This document shows positions 9,301-18,585 of a stretch of DNA of 44,301 bases, one piece after another. Position 1 is the first letter of the stretch. The number at the start of each line of letters is the position of its first letter. The notes below the pieces were generated by a model. That model was not told where the DNA came from. It worked only from the letters and a program-made list of their open reading frames with translations, and did not search any database. This stretch comes from a virus (lineage: Duplodnaviria > Caudoviricetes), in IMG/VR virus record IMGVR_UViG_3300037440_000087, positions 1 through 44,301 of that record. One strand, written 5' to 3'. Position numbers and translations under genes: made by a program.

Positions 9301-10494
9301 ACGGGACTTTATAGCCGTATCGGCATCTTCTGGCCTTAATAGACCGGTCTCTACAGCCTCCCGCTCCATCCGGTCTTTGAATAACTTGATAGTCTTGGCA
9401 TCCAATGCGGCGGTAGGATTGGCCGCTTCAAATCCTCGGATAGCCTGTGCTAACTCCACCTCTGACAGGTTGGTTAGCCTAGTACCACCTTTCTGTAGAT
9501 TCTCTAAGTCGCTTCTGAGTGCCGTATAGTTTAGAAACTTCTTCATTTTATCGCCGCGCGGGTACTTCTGGATTACACCTCTTAACGATAGCCCGGCCTC
9601 TAACACGTCCTCTGATTGGGCCTTCAAGATAGAATCGGCATTCTGTAGGTCGTTATACAGTTTTGTCAGACTCTTTTCAGCGGGCAAGTCTCGGTAGTTA
9701 ACACCTGCCTTTTTAGCTAACTGCCTGTCGCTACGCTGGAACTCATTTAGGGGGTCGGCAACGTGACGGGTCACCGTTGAGCGAGTCCTATCTAACAAAG
9801 GCCCTTTGTTTAAATCTTTGGCAGTATCAGAAGCCTGTATCAGCTCGCCAGTTATTTCATCAGCAGACTTTTTAGTAACTGTCGGTAACGCTTCCTTAGC
9901 CCCTTTGGTTATAGCCGTTTTAACGGGTTTACCGCCTGGGACTACATCTAAACCTCCAAATAAAGCCGGACCAACTATACTAATTGCCGGACTCTCACCA
10001 ATCACATCCCTTACGAAAGGACTCTCAGATTGCTTGGCACCCTCCTGCATTTGTTTTATTTCGTCAAATACTGTCTGTACTGGCTCCTCACCATACAAGA
10101 ATTTACGGACTCCAGTATTAGTCCCTTGTTGTGAAGCACTAGCTGTAGGGTCTATGGCACTTACTAATGGTTGGGTGACAGACCGTAGGGTCCGTTCCGG
10201 TATCTTAGCAGTATCACGCAGCACATCTACTGCGAAGTCCCTAACTCCTATACCAGAACTAACGGCTGACTCACCCAAGGCTTTAGCTAAGCTGAACTGT
10301 GGCTGATTGCCTAGTTCGTTGATGTATTGTTGGCGGCGATTTGGGTCGGCTAATACTCCATAGCGTCCCGGCGAGGTGCTTAACTTTTGCCGGGCAGCTT
10401 CAATAGACCTCTGATTGGCTCGAAGTTCTTCCTCGTTTTGAGGTGTTAAAGCCTCCCAGATAGATGTACCTATCTTGCGGAGATTGATAGCCAT
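6385..10494 (-). CDS. Large internal virion/DNA-ejection protein, possible LPD38-like region
   Basis: 1369 aa, helical; SPKQIDSLLNNFG resembles LPD38-type segments; Gly linker and Lys-rich C-terminal tail; podoviral position. Confidence 0.6.
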   Translation of the reverse strand: MAINLRKIGTSIWEALTPQNEEELRANQRSIEAARQKLSTSPGRYGVLADPNRRQQYINELGNQPQFSLAKALGESAVSSGIGVRDFAVDVLRDTAKIPERTLRSVTQPLVSAIDPTASASQQGTNTGVRKFLYGEEPVQTVFDEIKQMQEGAKQSESPFVRDVIGESPAISIVGPALFGGLDVVPGGKPVKTAITKGAKEALPTVTKKSADEITGELIQASDTAKDLNKGPLLDRTRSTVTRHVADPLNEFQRSDRQLAKKAGVNYRDLPAEKSLTKLYNDLQNADSILKAQSEDVLEAGLSLRGVIQKYPRGDKMKKFLNYTALRSDLENLQKGGTRLTNLSEVELAQAIRGFEAANPTAALDAKTIKLFKDRMEREAVETGLLRPEDADTAIKSREFYFPGGRAESDELIRGRMVGGMRGSTGQQKVLQARKGGDEPLDYSWESVLSTFSRDKKQNLQTRMYREMYERADQGTIGAKVINRPEVAARRRQAGELHKGLVEEQKKLISLKRKKTSDKRVAGLLKKEKEFSAAKQARRELTGMVDDVDAKAAISGLSNKELLQVFDTLADAKPGKYKALRESLSKRSAAHAKLADEIGKLSGKIDETAGQKRALFAERVELAPDKALNLDKYSGYIGGEKTTLQLERNVAKMMQGLSPSGAKDVVTAVTNVPVRAAKAMFTGVLNPVFAALNLVKNPVLMVHNAGIGSVGVRPIISGVLGMFNAGKFGSKNLRRFGINEIRATQGVSVPKVRAEIMATNRRSAKSLAEFTINNPWLTVKEVVNSLDRVFAATDRVFRSATARATYIRAKRKGFSEEQAMNKAAQTYNEAMGNFNRVTEAARAAEPLILYSGAIQTGARSFARAYKDRPFQTLATDAALVGGAALLVNANMNNEAGREFYNDMLASDKEYELDNNIIIVRPDAHKDEKTGKWKNVYKIPINPDMRPLNRMAWRATAGIEGEQPNPLDILGHFTGDMPKTLNPKELVQNNPQLSNFFVLANRDPRTGEQIVSDHEQTLPLEEQIDKDYTSETAKGLSKWIRLSPKQIDSLLNNFGLSGDVLQNKSGNPLSTIRDSFLRQFGKELKGDSKGAKFYDDLTAVSNTFKNEADFKAFELLHTKNKDKTIDSPASRAKMLLAMPEVLRAEAELDKLSRKRGEVGNPFYDLKPEQQQKVLRYRASKDLNAAKQAYDKNGNPLFTSLGLDEKWYDDFRGEESDFFDKIKGEDDGENRAASTYSGAKKPKAVAELQKKLDHYFTLPKGTGARSAFLDQNPDVLEHWAKSNQFTNAERLALGLKISDDAMFEGGSFGSSGFGGGGGGTRSAGSAFKYAIPLNIAGEAVKPKVSVKKGGSKAKVAKQTSLPKVSLKKSKV

Positions 10495-10496
10495 TG

Positions 10497-11465
10497 TTAG
10501 ACCTCCTCTTCAGACCTGCCTCGTGGAAGTGTGAATAGTGGTAAGCTACTGCCTGCCGGTGTTCCTTGGAAACCAAGGTTAGTAGAAGTTGTTACGTCAA
10601 ATGGATTACTCGGCGACGTACCAGCTAATGCCAGCTCCGAAGCTGTACGCTGGCGCTCTTCTAAGCTAGTAGGTGCAACCTTAGCTTGACCAAGCATCTC
10701 GTCAAATCTGACTAATTCCTGCAAAACCTGCTGTTTAATGCGGTTTTTCTCGGATTCAATATTTATCTGCTCCGGTAGTGAAGCATCGGTCATAGCGGCA
10801 TCTAGCTGGGCTAATGAATTCCTAGCGTCAGCTACTATGGTGTTTACTACCCGTGATTTATCTTCGTCAAACTTCCTAATGCCGGTCGCCTGTTGGCGTT
10901 CCAGGTCTTCCTGAGCCATACCAATCTGCCTGCCTTCTTGGGCGTATGGGTTAAGCACATCGCTAGTCAGGCGGCGTTGCCCGATATTACCATAAGCCTG
11001 GGCCAAGGCTTCTGTAGCGCTGGAATCTGAGGCATTCTTACCGGCCAACATAGTCCCACCACTTCTAAGCCCACGGCTAACCATATCTAGTATGCTGTTG
11101 TATCCTTGTTTCTTGCCTAACTCATTTTGCACACCACGTTCATCAACAGTTCGTTGTCTAGTCTGTAGCATGTCAACAAAATCTAGAATACTACCTTTAC
11201 GAGAGGTAGCAGCGGCACCTGCGGCATCTTCCGCCGTGCCGTAAATATTCTCTTTCTGGCGGTCAAAACCCGATGTCAATTTATTATAAGCATCTTGTCC
11301 ACCCCATTCTGCGAATGGGTCTGGCGCAGTGGTTGCACCAAGTACAGATGTATCTAAGTCTTGTGGACGAGTTTGAGGCAGACCTGGTTGTCGGGGTGGA
11401 ATATAATTCTTGGCGACAACTTCCGGCTCAAATGGTCGGTTAAGACTAGTAGTTGGTGATGCCAT
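10497..11465 (-). CDS. Internal virion/ejection protein
   Basis: 322 aa A/Q/G-rich helical protein immediately upstream of the large internal protein. Confidence 0.55.
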   Translation of the reverse strand: MASPTTSLNRPFEPEVVAKNYIPPRQPGLPQTRPQDLDTSVLGATTAPDPFAEWGGQDAYNKLTSGFDRQKENIYGTAEDAAGAAATSRKGSILDFVDMLQTRQRTVDERGVQNELGKKQGYNSILDMVSRGLRSGGTMLAGKNASDSSATEALAQAYGNIGQRRLTSDVLNPYAQEGRQIGMAQEDLERQQATGIRKFDEDKSRVVNTIVADARNSLAQLDAAMTDASLPEQINIESEKNRIKQQVLQELVRFDEMLGQAKVAPTSLEERQRTASELALAGTSPSNPFDVTTSTNLGFQGTPAGSSLPLFTLPRGRSEEEV

Positions 11466-11477
11466 TATGAACCTCCT

Positions 11478-12329
11478 TTAAGCTGCCTCACAGGTACTAT
11501 TTCCAAGCGGATAGTACAGAGCATAGAAGTCTAGTATACCGCCGGATAAAGCTTCTGTAGCAACCGTGAATATCACGTCTTCTGTCACTAGAAACTCCGT
11601 TAATACCGAAGACTCTTCAACCGTAGCGTCAGGTGTGGCATCATGCCAGATTTCATTAGCGGCAAAGAGCGATACTTCAGTAGCGGCTAGAAGAGCAGTT
11701 GGATTTTTAGCCGTACCGACAGATATTTCACCACCTGTACCGGTAGACAACGAGGCTGATGCTGAAGCACTCGGACTAAGCGAAGCGCTCGGTGAGCGTG
11801 AAGCTGAAGGACTAAGTGAACCAGAGGCACTGGAAGAAGGTGAAATGCTTGCTGATACCGAAGCGCTAGCACTAGAACTTGGACTTACTGAGGCACTAGG
11901 ACTTAGAGAGGCTGAAGGACTTTGCGATACAGAGGCACTAGGGCTTTGACTGAATGATGGCGAAGCTGAAGAACTACGCGATGGGGATACGCTAGCCGAA
12001 GGGCTCAGGGATGCGCTTGGTGATTCTGATTCGGACGCCGAAGGGCTAAGACTAGAACTCGGGCTTATCGAAGGCGATTCCGAGGTAGATGGTGATTGTG
12101 AAGAGCTAGGTGAAATAGAGGCCGATGGTGAAACGGAAGCTGATGCTGGCGAGAAGATGGTATTAACTTTAGCGAACAGCCTCATTAAGACTGCCCCTGT
12201 TACGGTAAATAGGGTACCTGTTCCGACCGCTCCGGAACCCTCTCTAGAATCAAATTCCATACTTTTAAAGGCATAGATGGACCAGTCACTATCTGTAACC
12301 GGTGCGCCATTTCTGTTACTTTGAGCCAT
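11478..12329 (-). CDS. Putative capsid decoration-type beta protein with internal Ser/Pro repeat
   Basis: Beta-strand-rich N and C halves separated by ~135 aa of SPSAS repeats. Confidence 0.5.
   Translation of the reverse strand: MAQSNRNGAPVTDSDWSIYAFKSMEFDSREGSGAVGTGTLFTVTGAVLMRLFAKVNTIFSPASASVSPSASISPSSSQSPSTSESPSISPSSSLSPSASESESPSASLSPSASVSPSRSSSASPSFSQSPSASVSQSPSASLSPSASVSPSSSASASVSASISPSSSASGSLSPSASRSPSASLSPSASASASLSTGTGGEISVGTAKNPTALLAATEVSLFAANEIWHDATPDATVEESSVLTEFLVTEDVIFTVATEALSGGILDFYALYYPLGNSTCEAA
11745..12152 (-). repeat. (SPSASx)n coding repeat, ~135 aa
   Basis: Seen directly in the translation; boundaries approximate. Confidence 0.95.
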
Positions 12330-12386
12330 TTTATTTTCCTTTTTGTTTGTTCTTTATGCTTTTATGCTACCATACTATCTACTATT

Positions 12387-12716
12387 CTAGGCTATTTTGT
12401 TCCTCACCTGCCAAGCAGCCTGGTTGTATAATATCTCTACCCCGCCACCACCATAGGTTACTTTTATGTCTCCGACGTACCTGCCTTTATTCGGAAAGTC
12501 TGTCGATTCGGCGGCGTAAGATATGACCCCACCAGTAGCATCTGTAACAGTACAGGTCTGGTGTCCGACGTTGGTTATATCACCACTAGACTTCTCTTGT
12601 AAGATAAGCTCAACTGTTGCACTACTCAAGTCTATGTCTACGCCATCACGCTGACAAGTTATCTCGTAAGCGGGAGCAGTGTTGTTTTGTACGATGAAGA
12701 AATTTGCGCGTGCCAA
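12387..12716 (-). CDS. BppU N-terminal-like adaptor domain protein
   Basis: FIVQNNTAP...IDLSSATV...VTDATGGVISY...GRYVGDIKVTY pattern of BppU_N/DUF2479-like Ig folds. Confidence 0.6.
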   Translation of the reverse strand: MARANFFIVQNNTAPAYEITCQRDGVDIDLSSATVELILQEKSSGDITNVGHQTCTVTDATGGVISYAAESTDFPNKGRYVGDIKVTYGGGGVEILYNQAAWQVRNKIA

Positions 12717-12741
12717 TGTTTATTTCCTTTTTTATTACTAT

Positions 12742-12750
12742 AGCATATCA
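12742..12750 (-). promoter_or_regulatory. Extended -10 promoter candidate (TGATATGCT)
   Basis: Overlaps upstream TGA stop; precedes AAAGGAAA RBS. Confidence 0.5.
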
Positions 12751-13473
12751 CTCTAGGAAGATAGGCCCGGCATCAGTTTGTATAGTCGCAGACTTTTTTG
12801 GGTTGTTAATTGTTATTTCCTGCGGCATAGGTGAAGGACTGGGGCTGACACTAGGACTAGGCGATACGCTAGAACTAACTGAGGCAGATGGTGATGAAGA
12901 TGAAGATACACTAGAACTAGGACTAAGTGACGGACTTATCGAAGAAGACGGGGAAATGCTAGCGCTAGGGCTTAAACTGGCTGATGGAGAAACTACAGTG
13001 TAATAAACTTTAATTTGTATGTGGTCGACCCCTGTAGCTTCATCTCCAAAAAAATCTTTTGACCTTAGCCCTACCCCAAAATCAGACGCGTTTACATCAT
13101 CTGGTGTAAGAGTTAATCCCCATAAGTCAGATGGACCTCCATACGTGACAATAACATCAACTGTATCGTAAAAATCCATTTTGGCTTTATCATCACCGCT
13201 ATGAATCCCACCTTTAACTAACTGAACTGTATGGTCTTGTTGTTCATCATCAAAAGAGGAATCAAGTCGCTCAATCGTGACTTCTACTCCGTCAATTGTC
13301 GCTCCTACCGGGATGGCAAAGCTAAAATTAGTAGCGTTAAGAAAATTGGTTGGTGTACCATGGGTGTCATAATCCCAGATAGCACGCGCATTATCAGAAG
13401 CACTAATATTACCTGGATTAGTCCAATTTGTACCAGCGCCTGTTCCTGGTGATTTAAATCCAGTATCAGCCAT
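12748..13473 (-). CDS. Virion accessory protein: beta-sandwich head + Ser/Pro stalk + short C-terminal motif
   Basis: N-terminal WTNPGNI...FAIPVGATIDGVEVTIER...WGLTLTP domain; ~55 aa SPSAS tract. Confidence 0.6.
   Translation of the reverse strand: MADTGFKSPGTGAGTNWTNPGNISASDNARAIWDYDTHGTPTNFLNATNFSFAIPVGATIDGVEVTIERLDSSFDDEQQDHTVQLVKGGIHSGDDKAKMDFYDTVDVIVTYGGPSDLWGLTLTPDDVNASDFGVGLRSKDFFGDEATGVDHIQIKVYYTVVSPSASLSPSASISPSSSISPSLSPSSSVSSSSSPSASVSSSVSPSPSVSPSPSPMPQEITINNPKKSATIQTDAGPIFLE
12826..12990 (-). repeat. (SPSASx)n coding repeat, ~55 aa
   Basis: Seen directly in the translation; boundaries approximate. Confidence 0.9.
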
Positions 13474-15168
13474 TTATCTTCCTCCTGGACTATTTATATT
13501 TGCCGATGTTGTAGGGTTGGAAGAGCTAATCGGTGACGCATCTGTTGTAATGATAACACCGTCATCATCTGGATTAGTCACAGTTGCTTTTTTAGGTGGT
13601 ACCGGTGGAGGCGATGGTGATAGCGAGGCGCTAGGTGACAATGAAGCCGAAGGTGATACAGAGGCCGATGGGCTGATTGACGGTGATTTACTAGCACTCG
13701 GGCTTACGGAAGCACTTGGGGATATAGAGGCACTAGGGCTGCCCGGCGAAAGACTGGCACTAGACGATGGTGAAATTGATGCCGAGGCAGAAGCGCTAGG
13801 GCTGATACTCGCCGATGGGCTAATACTCGGACTGATACTAGCAGAGGGACTAATACTAGCACTTACGCTAGCTGATGGACTAATACTAGGACTCACGCTA
13901 GCTGAAGGGGATATACTCGGACTACCACTGGCTGACGGACTTATAGATGCGCTTGGTGAAATTGAAGGTGACTCACTCGCACTTGGTGAAATACTGGCAG
14001 ACGGTGAAATACTTGGCGACCCTGAAGCACTTGGAGAAATAGAAGCACTCGGACTTATACTTGGACTTGTGCTGGCTGAAGGTGAAGTTGAAGCACTTGG
14101 ACTAATAGAGGCACTAATGCTGGCACTCGGACTCACAGATGCTGATGGCGATACCGACGGGCTTATAGAAGCAGAGGGACTTACACTGGCACTTGGACTG
14201 ATACTAGGGCTAACAGAGGCACTTGGAGATATTGACGGCGAGACCGAAGACGATGGCGAAATACTCGCACTTGGTGAAATGCTTGGGCTTACCGAAGAGC
14301 TAGGACTTACGGAAGCCGAAGGGCTAATAGAAGAGCTAACACTTGCCGAGGGACTTCTAGATGCCGATGGTGAGATAGAAGGTGATATTGAAGCGCTTGG
14401 CGACCGGCTAGCGGAAGGACTTATAGAGGGAGAAACCGAAGCCGAAGGGCTGATACTGGCACTAGGACTGATACTTGGACTGATACTTGAACTTGGTGAT
14501 ATGGAAGCACTTGGACTAATTGTCGCTCCAGCACCAATAAACCCAGTAGCCGCGGCCATCTCGTCCATGTAATGAGTGCTAGTAGCATCTTCGGTATAGG
14601 TAATACCCCAGTCAATCTTTTGGAAAGCGTCAGCTCCGGTATTTATATTCCCGCTGTCATAATCGGGACTGCCTTCAGTAGTGTTATCAATCCATACTTG
14701 TATGCGGCCAGTGGTTCCATGCTTCAGTATTCTAATTTCAATCGTAAACACAGAGTTTATAGGCAGGTTTATGCCTGTGTCAGTATAGGCGACGTCACCT
14801 CCGAACGTTAGGCGAGTTGAGTTCGGAGCAGCACCATAGTTTTCTATATTGGCATATAACTTATCAACATCGCCTGATGTTCTAAGAGCAAACAAGCCGG
14901 AATAGCCAGCCGTACCAACAGAAAAGCCCGTTGGTATAAACATCTTCATTTGCAAATATATCTCAGTACGGGTCGCACCGAGTAAATAGCTCGCACCGGC
15001 CGCACCCTCGCCAGTGGCGGCTAAAGCTAGGGAATTGCTATCAGCTACCTTAGAGGTAGTGTCAAGTGTGGCTGTGGCAGCACCAAAAATAGTCCCTACG
15101 CTGTCAAACGTCCACGGGGTAGAACCGCTTTCAAAGTCTTCAAAGCCGAATAGGTCAGGCGCTGCCAT
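13474..15168 (-). CDS. Virion accessory/adhesin-like protein: ConA/LamG-like jelly-roll head + long Ser/Pro stalk
   Basis: FEDFESG start; FTIEIRI...GRIQVWID...HYMDEM pattern of ConA-like folds; ~300 aa SPSASI tract. Confidence 0.65.
   Translation of the reverse strand: MAAPDLFGFEDFESGSTPWTFDSVGTIFGAATATLDTTSKVADSNSLALAATGEGAAGASYLLGATRTEIYLQMKMFIPTGFSVGTAGYSGLFALRTSGDVDKLYANIENYGAAPNSTRLTFGGDVAYTDTGINLPINSVFTIEIRILKHGTTGRIQVWIDNTTEGSPDYDSGNINTGADAFQKIDWGITYTEDATSTHYMDEMAAATGFIGAGATISPSASISPSSSISPSISPSASISPSASVSPSISPSASRSPSASISPSISPSASRSPSASVSSSISPSASVSPSSSVSPSISPSASISPSSSVSPSISPSASVSPSISPSASVSPSASISPSVSPSASVSPSASISASISPSASTSPSASTSPSISPSASISPSASGSPSISPSASISPSASESPSISPSASISPSASGSPSISPSASVSPSISPSASVSASISPSASISPSISPSASISPSASASASISPSSSASLSPGSPSASISPSASVSPSASKSPSISPSASVSPSASLSPSASLSPSPPPVPPKKATVTNPDDDGVIITTDASPISSSNPTTSANINSPGGR
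13610..14520 (-). repeat. (SPSASI/V)n coding repeat, ~300 aa
   Basis: Longest tract; synonymous codons vary between units; boundaries approximate. Confidence 0.95.
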
Positions 15169-15201
15169 TAATGTACCTTTTTGTTTTTAATGTTTACAAG
15201 T

Positions 15202-16893
15202 CTATTGTACTATGCCATCAAACTGTCCTGGTTGCCATCCTGGAATTTCGTCATAACCTACCTCCCTAAAGTTAGCGCCGGTAGATTTATCACGGAAGTC
15301 TTTAAGACTCCATTTACTACGCGTCAAGTTAGTGCCATGTTCCCGCACATCTATATTGCCCACTTCCGAACGCCAGTTTTCGTATTGGCTAGTATCTCTA
15401 CCTCCTGGCTCGTAACTGCGGTTAAACTTGTCAGTCAATACCTGTTCCAACTTATTCTTATACCATGCCAGTACATGTTCTCTGTAACCACACAACTCGG
15501 CTACTTGGTTAGCGTCCCAAGTCACGGTCTTACCATCGCCATAACGCATCCGCCAGACGTTAAGATTGTAGTAAAATTTATCCTTTTTAGGCGGGGTAAA
15601 GTCGAAATGGCTGGGATGATACAGCACGTCAGACTCACATAGGTAGACTATCTCGGCATCACTAGCCTCCAAAGCGGCAACTATCTGCCGGAACATCGTC
15701 AGCACACTTCTTTCACCTATTACGTGGACATTCTTACCCATGTCCATCGGTTTTAGCGTGGCACTGGCAATAGGTATACTCTTCTTCTTACTAATCTGTT
15801 TCAGGTTATCGACCACTTTATTAGCTAGGGTTTCGTCTAGCGCACAGTCTGAGTAGAAGATGATGCCTTTTGACGGGCCTTCCATCCTCTCTTCACGCTG
15901 TTTCTGGGCTTTAAATTCTGCTTCGGTCCATCTAGCCTCTGGGTCAGATACCCGTTTTAAGTCATCCCAGAAACGCTCTAACACCCATGATAGCGGCCTG
16001 ACCTGCTTGCTCCACTTGCCGTTTTTGAATATGTCTTGGGATATTCTTCGAGCCTTCTCTTGGTCTCTACCGGACATCGGATAAGGGAATGAAAATCCAT
16101 TCTGTGTACGGAACATGTGAGCATACCACGTAGATTTATTACAGACTACCCGACCACCACTAAGCCAGGTTTTAAGAGCTACTTCAGTACCCTGCTGTCC
16201 CCAACTACCCCAAGTTTCATCACAAATGTTAAGCTCCCAGTATTTCTTCCTAGTTAGCATAAAAAACGACCCTTGAAGACTCATAGTATCTACCAAATGG
16301 CTACCAGATTGCTCCTGGGTGCGTTTTAGTTCTCCGAAGTATTTAAACTGTAGATTAGTATTAAACCGATAAGCGGTAGACTGGGGGCTAGGTTTAGCAA
16401 ACCACTTTACATCCTTGTGAAAAGAGTATTTCTTAGCTGGGCAACTGGTATTAGCGCAACCCTCGGGCATTGGTCCTTGGTAGGTTTCATGTCCGCAGTC
16501 GTCGCACTTCCAGCTAAAGGCGTGGAGGTTTCGCATAACAGGCACTATTGTCCAGTCGTCATGGCCCTTCATAGCCTCCATTAACTTAACGTCAAAGCCC
16601 TCGCCAAAGGCGCAGTGGGCATCGGTTTTAGCCACATACTTAGCTTGGGACAGGCGTGCCAATCTATTGGTCATAGCCCTCTGGCCTATCGATTCCGCCA
16701 TGTAAACTATTCGTACATCTGGGTGGTCAGGTATGCCCGGTTCAGCCCAAGCTCCATCCAACCCTACTATCACCTCTGTCCTGCCCCGTTTATTCTTCAA
16801 GATGTCAGCTACCGTATTAGAAATAAACTCCTCATTACGAGCCGGTATTAGAATACTTAAATCGTACTTGGGCATCTCCACGACTAAATCCAC
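15202..16893 (-). CDS. Two-domain glycosyltransferase: ppGalNAc-T-like GT-A domain + second GT-A-like domain
   Basis: LSILIPARNE, KTDAHC (DxH), WGQQGTEVALKTWLSGG, YAHMFR; C-domain LCESDVLY. The start may be the ATG at 16875. Confidence 0.85.
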   Translation of the reverse strand: MDLVVEMPKYDLSILIPARNEEFISNTVADILKNKRGRTEVIVGLDGAWAEPGIPDHPDVRIVYMAESIGQRAMTNRLARLSQAKYVAKTDAHCAFGEGFDVKLMEAMKGHDDWTIVPVMRNLHAFSWKCDDCGHETYQGPMPEGCANTSCPAKKYSFHKDVKWFAKPSPQSTAYRFNTNLQFKYFGELKRTQEQSGSHLVDTMSLQGSFFMLTRKKYWELNICDETWGSWGQQGTEVALKTWLSGGRVVCNKSTWYAHMFRTQNGFSFPYPMSGRDQEKARRISQDIFKNGKWSKQVRPLSWVLERFWDDLKRVSDPEARWTEAEFKAQKQREERMEGPSKGIIFYSDCALDETLANKVVDNLKQISKKKSIPIASATLKPMDMGKNVHVIGERSVLTMFRQIVAALEASDAEIVYLCESDVLYHPSHFDFTPPKKDKFYYNLNVWRMRYGDGKTVTWDANQVAELCGYREHVLAWYKNKLEQVLTDKFNRSYEPGGRDTSQYENWRSEVGNIDVREHGTNLTRSKWSLKDFRDKSTGANFREVGYDEIPGWQPGQFDGIVQ

Positions 16894-17897
16894 TCCTTAT
16901 GAGCTTGTTGCCAAGCGATAGTGTTTTTCATGCTTGTTCTAAGGTCTACCGGCGGTTTCCACCCCATAGCCCGCAACTTATTGTCTTCCATACCGTAGTG
17001 GATGTCATGTGCCGGATTATCTTTATGAAAGTCTACCAACTCGTATTTCAGCTCTTTGCCCATCAATTCAGCTATCAGCCGGGCTAACTCCAAGTTATTA
17101 AGTCTTTCACTGCCGACTATGTGGTAACGGTCAGGCTCGTCAATCTCTCCCTGTTGATGCTCGTGCGGTTTGGTATTCTGCAAAATAAAGAGCAGGGCAT
17201 CGGCTGTGTTACGTGAATGTATGTAGAAACGTGAACCTATCTCTTCTTCGTTACCATGGATAGTAACAGTTTCTCCACGCTCTAACCACTTCTGTATCAT
17301 CACCGGGAACTTACTACCACTCTGGGTCTCACCGAAGTTATTCATCGTATTAGTGACAATGAGCTTCACCTCACCGGCCCGCCAGTAAGCGTGAGCTACT
17401 AGCTCTCCGGCCCCCTTGGAAGCGGCATACGGGTTGGATGGACGCATTACGTCCCACTCTTTATGAGGATTGCCCTCTCCGGTCGTCGGACCGTAAACTT
17501 CATCGGTGGAGAAGTAGACAAAGACTTCATGCGGTGTCTCTTTGGCATAGTCTAACATCGTCATGGTTGTCGCTACGTTGTTCATGACCGTATAGCGGGC
17601 ATTTTCTACCGAATATTGCACGTCAGAAATAGCAGCTAAATGTAAGATGTAGTTTACCGGTCCTATCCTGTCCTTATCAGTTTCAGATAGGGGACAAGCC
17701 AAATCGGTCTGGATTACCGTGAGACGAGGCTTCCACTCGGGGTGGTCGGCTAGAAAGTCGTCTATCCTGACTCTGTAGCCTTTTTGCCGGAATGAGTCCA
17801 GGCCGACAATCTCCCAGTTAGTGTTGGTGAAAATGTGGGCCATGACATGTACGCCGATGCTTCCACCGATGCCTGATAGTAAAACTCTTTTTGACAT
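16884..17897 (-). CDS. NDP-sugar 4,6-dehydratase-like SDR (RmlB-like)
   Basis: GIGGSIG, STDEVYG and YAASK motifs. Confidence 0.85.
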   Translation of the reverse strand: MSKRVLLSGIGGSIGVHVMAHIFTNTNWEIVGLDSFRQKGYRVRIDDFLADHPEWKPRLTVIQTDLACPLSETDKDRIGPVNYILHLAAISDVQYSVENARYTVMNNVATTMTMLDYAKETPHEVFVYFSTDEVYGPTTGEGNPHKEWDVMRPSNPYAASKGAGELVAHAYWRAGEVKLIVTNTMNNFGETQSGSKFPVMIQKWLERGETVTIHGNEEEIGSRFYIHSRNTADALLFILQNTKPHEHQQGEIDEPDRYHIVGSERLNNLELARLIAELMGKELKYELVDFHKDNPAHDIHYGMEDNKLRAMGWKPPVDLRTSMKNTIAWQQAHKEWI

Positions 17898-17907
17898 AGT
17901 CTCTCCT

Positions 17908-18585
17908 TTATTTCTTAGTTTCGTAAAATTTCATTACGTCTTTCGATTTGCCCCAGTACGGTATTTCTTTTGCCCTTAGTTCCCCTAACCGTTTACGGGT
18001 GCCTAAGTTGCCAAACGAAATAGCATCTTCATGCGAGAACACAATGTTAGGTGGGTTAGTCCAGAAGTCTTCTACCGGCCAAGTTTTCAGACCCAATATC
18101 CTCTCATACCGGCCCGGCTCTCCCCAACTACCTTTAGGCGGATTATCTACCCGTTCCTGTATAGCTTCTATGAAGATGTCCCGCTCGCATATTAGGCTGT
18201 GAAGATTACGCCTACCTTTCCACGAAAATACCTTTGGGTTCCAAGTATAAACACACCAATAGCCACGGTTGTAGGCAAACCTGCCATCTTTAGGACGATG
18301 TTTGAAATGTTCCGGCGAATATAACACGTCATCTTCACATAGAGCAATATACTTAGTTTCAGCCATTTTGGCTCCTAAAAGAGCCTGTTTATATAAATTT
18401 AGGTGAGACCTTGGAGTATCCTCCCAAATATTCTCACCGAAGTCCATGGGTTTCTTAGAAACACTTACTATCGGTATGCCTCGTGCCGCCTTCTTAATCT
18501 GCCCCGTCACTATTCCCATAAAATAGTCACTAATCTGGTTAGCTGTGTAAAAAACTACTGTAAGGTCTTCAGGTACTCTTGCCAT
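17908..18585 (-). CDS. Putative GT-A glycosyltransferase
   Basis: YIALCEDDVLY motif; paralogous to the C-domain of 15202-16893. Confidence 0.7.
   Translation of the reverse strand: MARVPEDLTVVFYTANQISDYFMGIVTGQIKKAARGIPIVSVSKKPMDFGENIWEDTPRSHLNLYKQALLGAKMAETKYIALCEDDVLYSPEHFKHRPKDGRFAYNRGYWCVYTWNPKVFSWKGRRNLHSLICERDIFIEAIQERVDNPPKGSWGEPGRYERILGLKTWPVEDFWTNPPNIVFSHEDAISFGNLGTRKRLGELRAKEIPYWGKSKDVMKFYETKK

Noticed and set aside
8144-10306. Several 148-183-aa plus-strand ORFs
   Set aside because: Fully antisense to the 1369-aa gene, with no motifs or RBS.
6385-10494. Tape measure protein
   Set aside because: No tail tube or chaperone genes and no periodic aromatic repeats. Context fits a podoviral internal protein.
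13517-14572. 351-aa plus-strand ORF of LGLILAEG-like repeats (also 5175-5666, 11566-11949, 12704-13003)
   Set aside because: Antisense shadows of the SPSAS tracts. They coincide with the repeats, have no RBS and oppose the operon direction.
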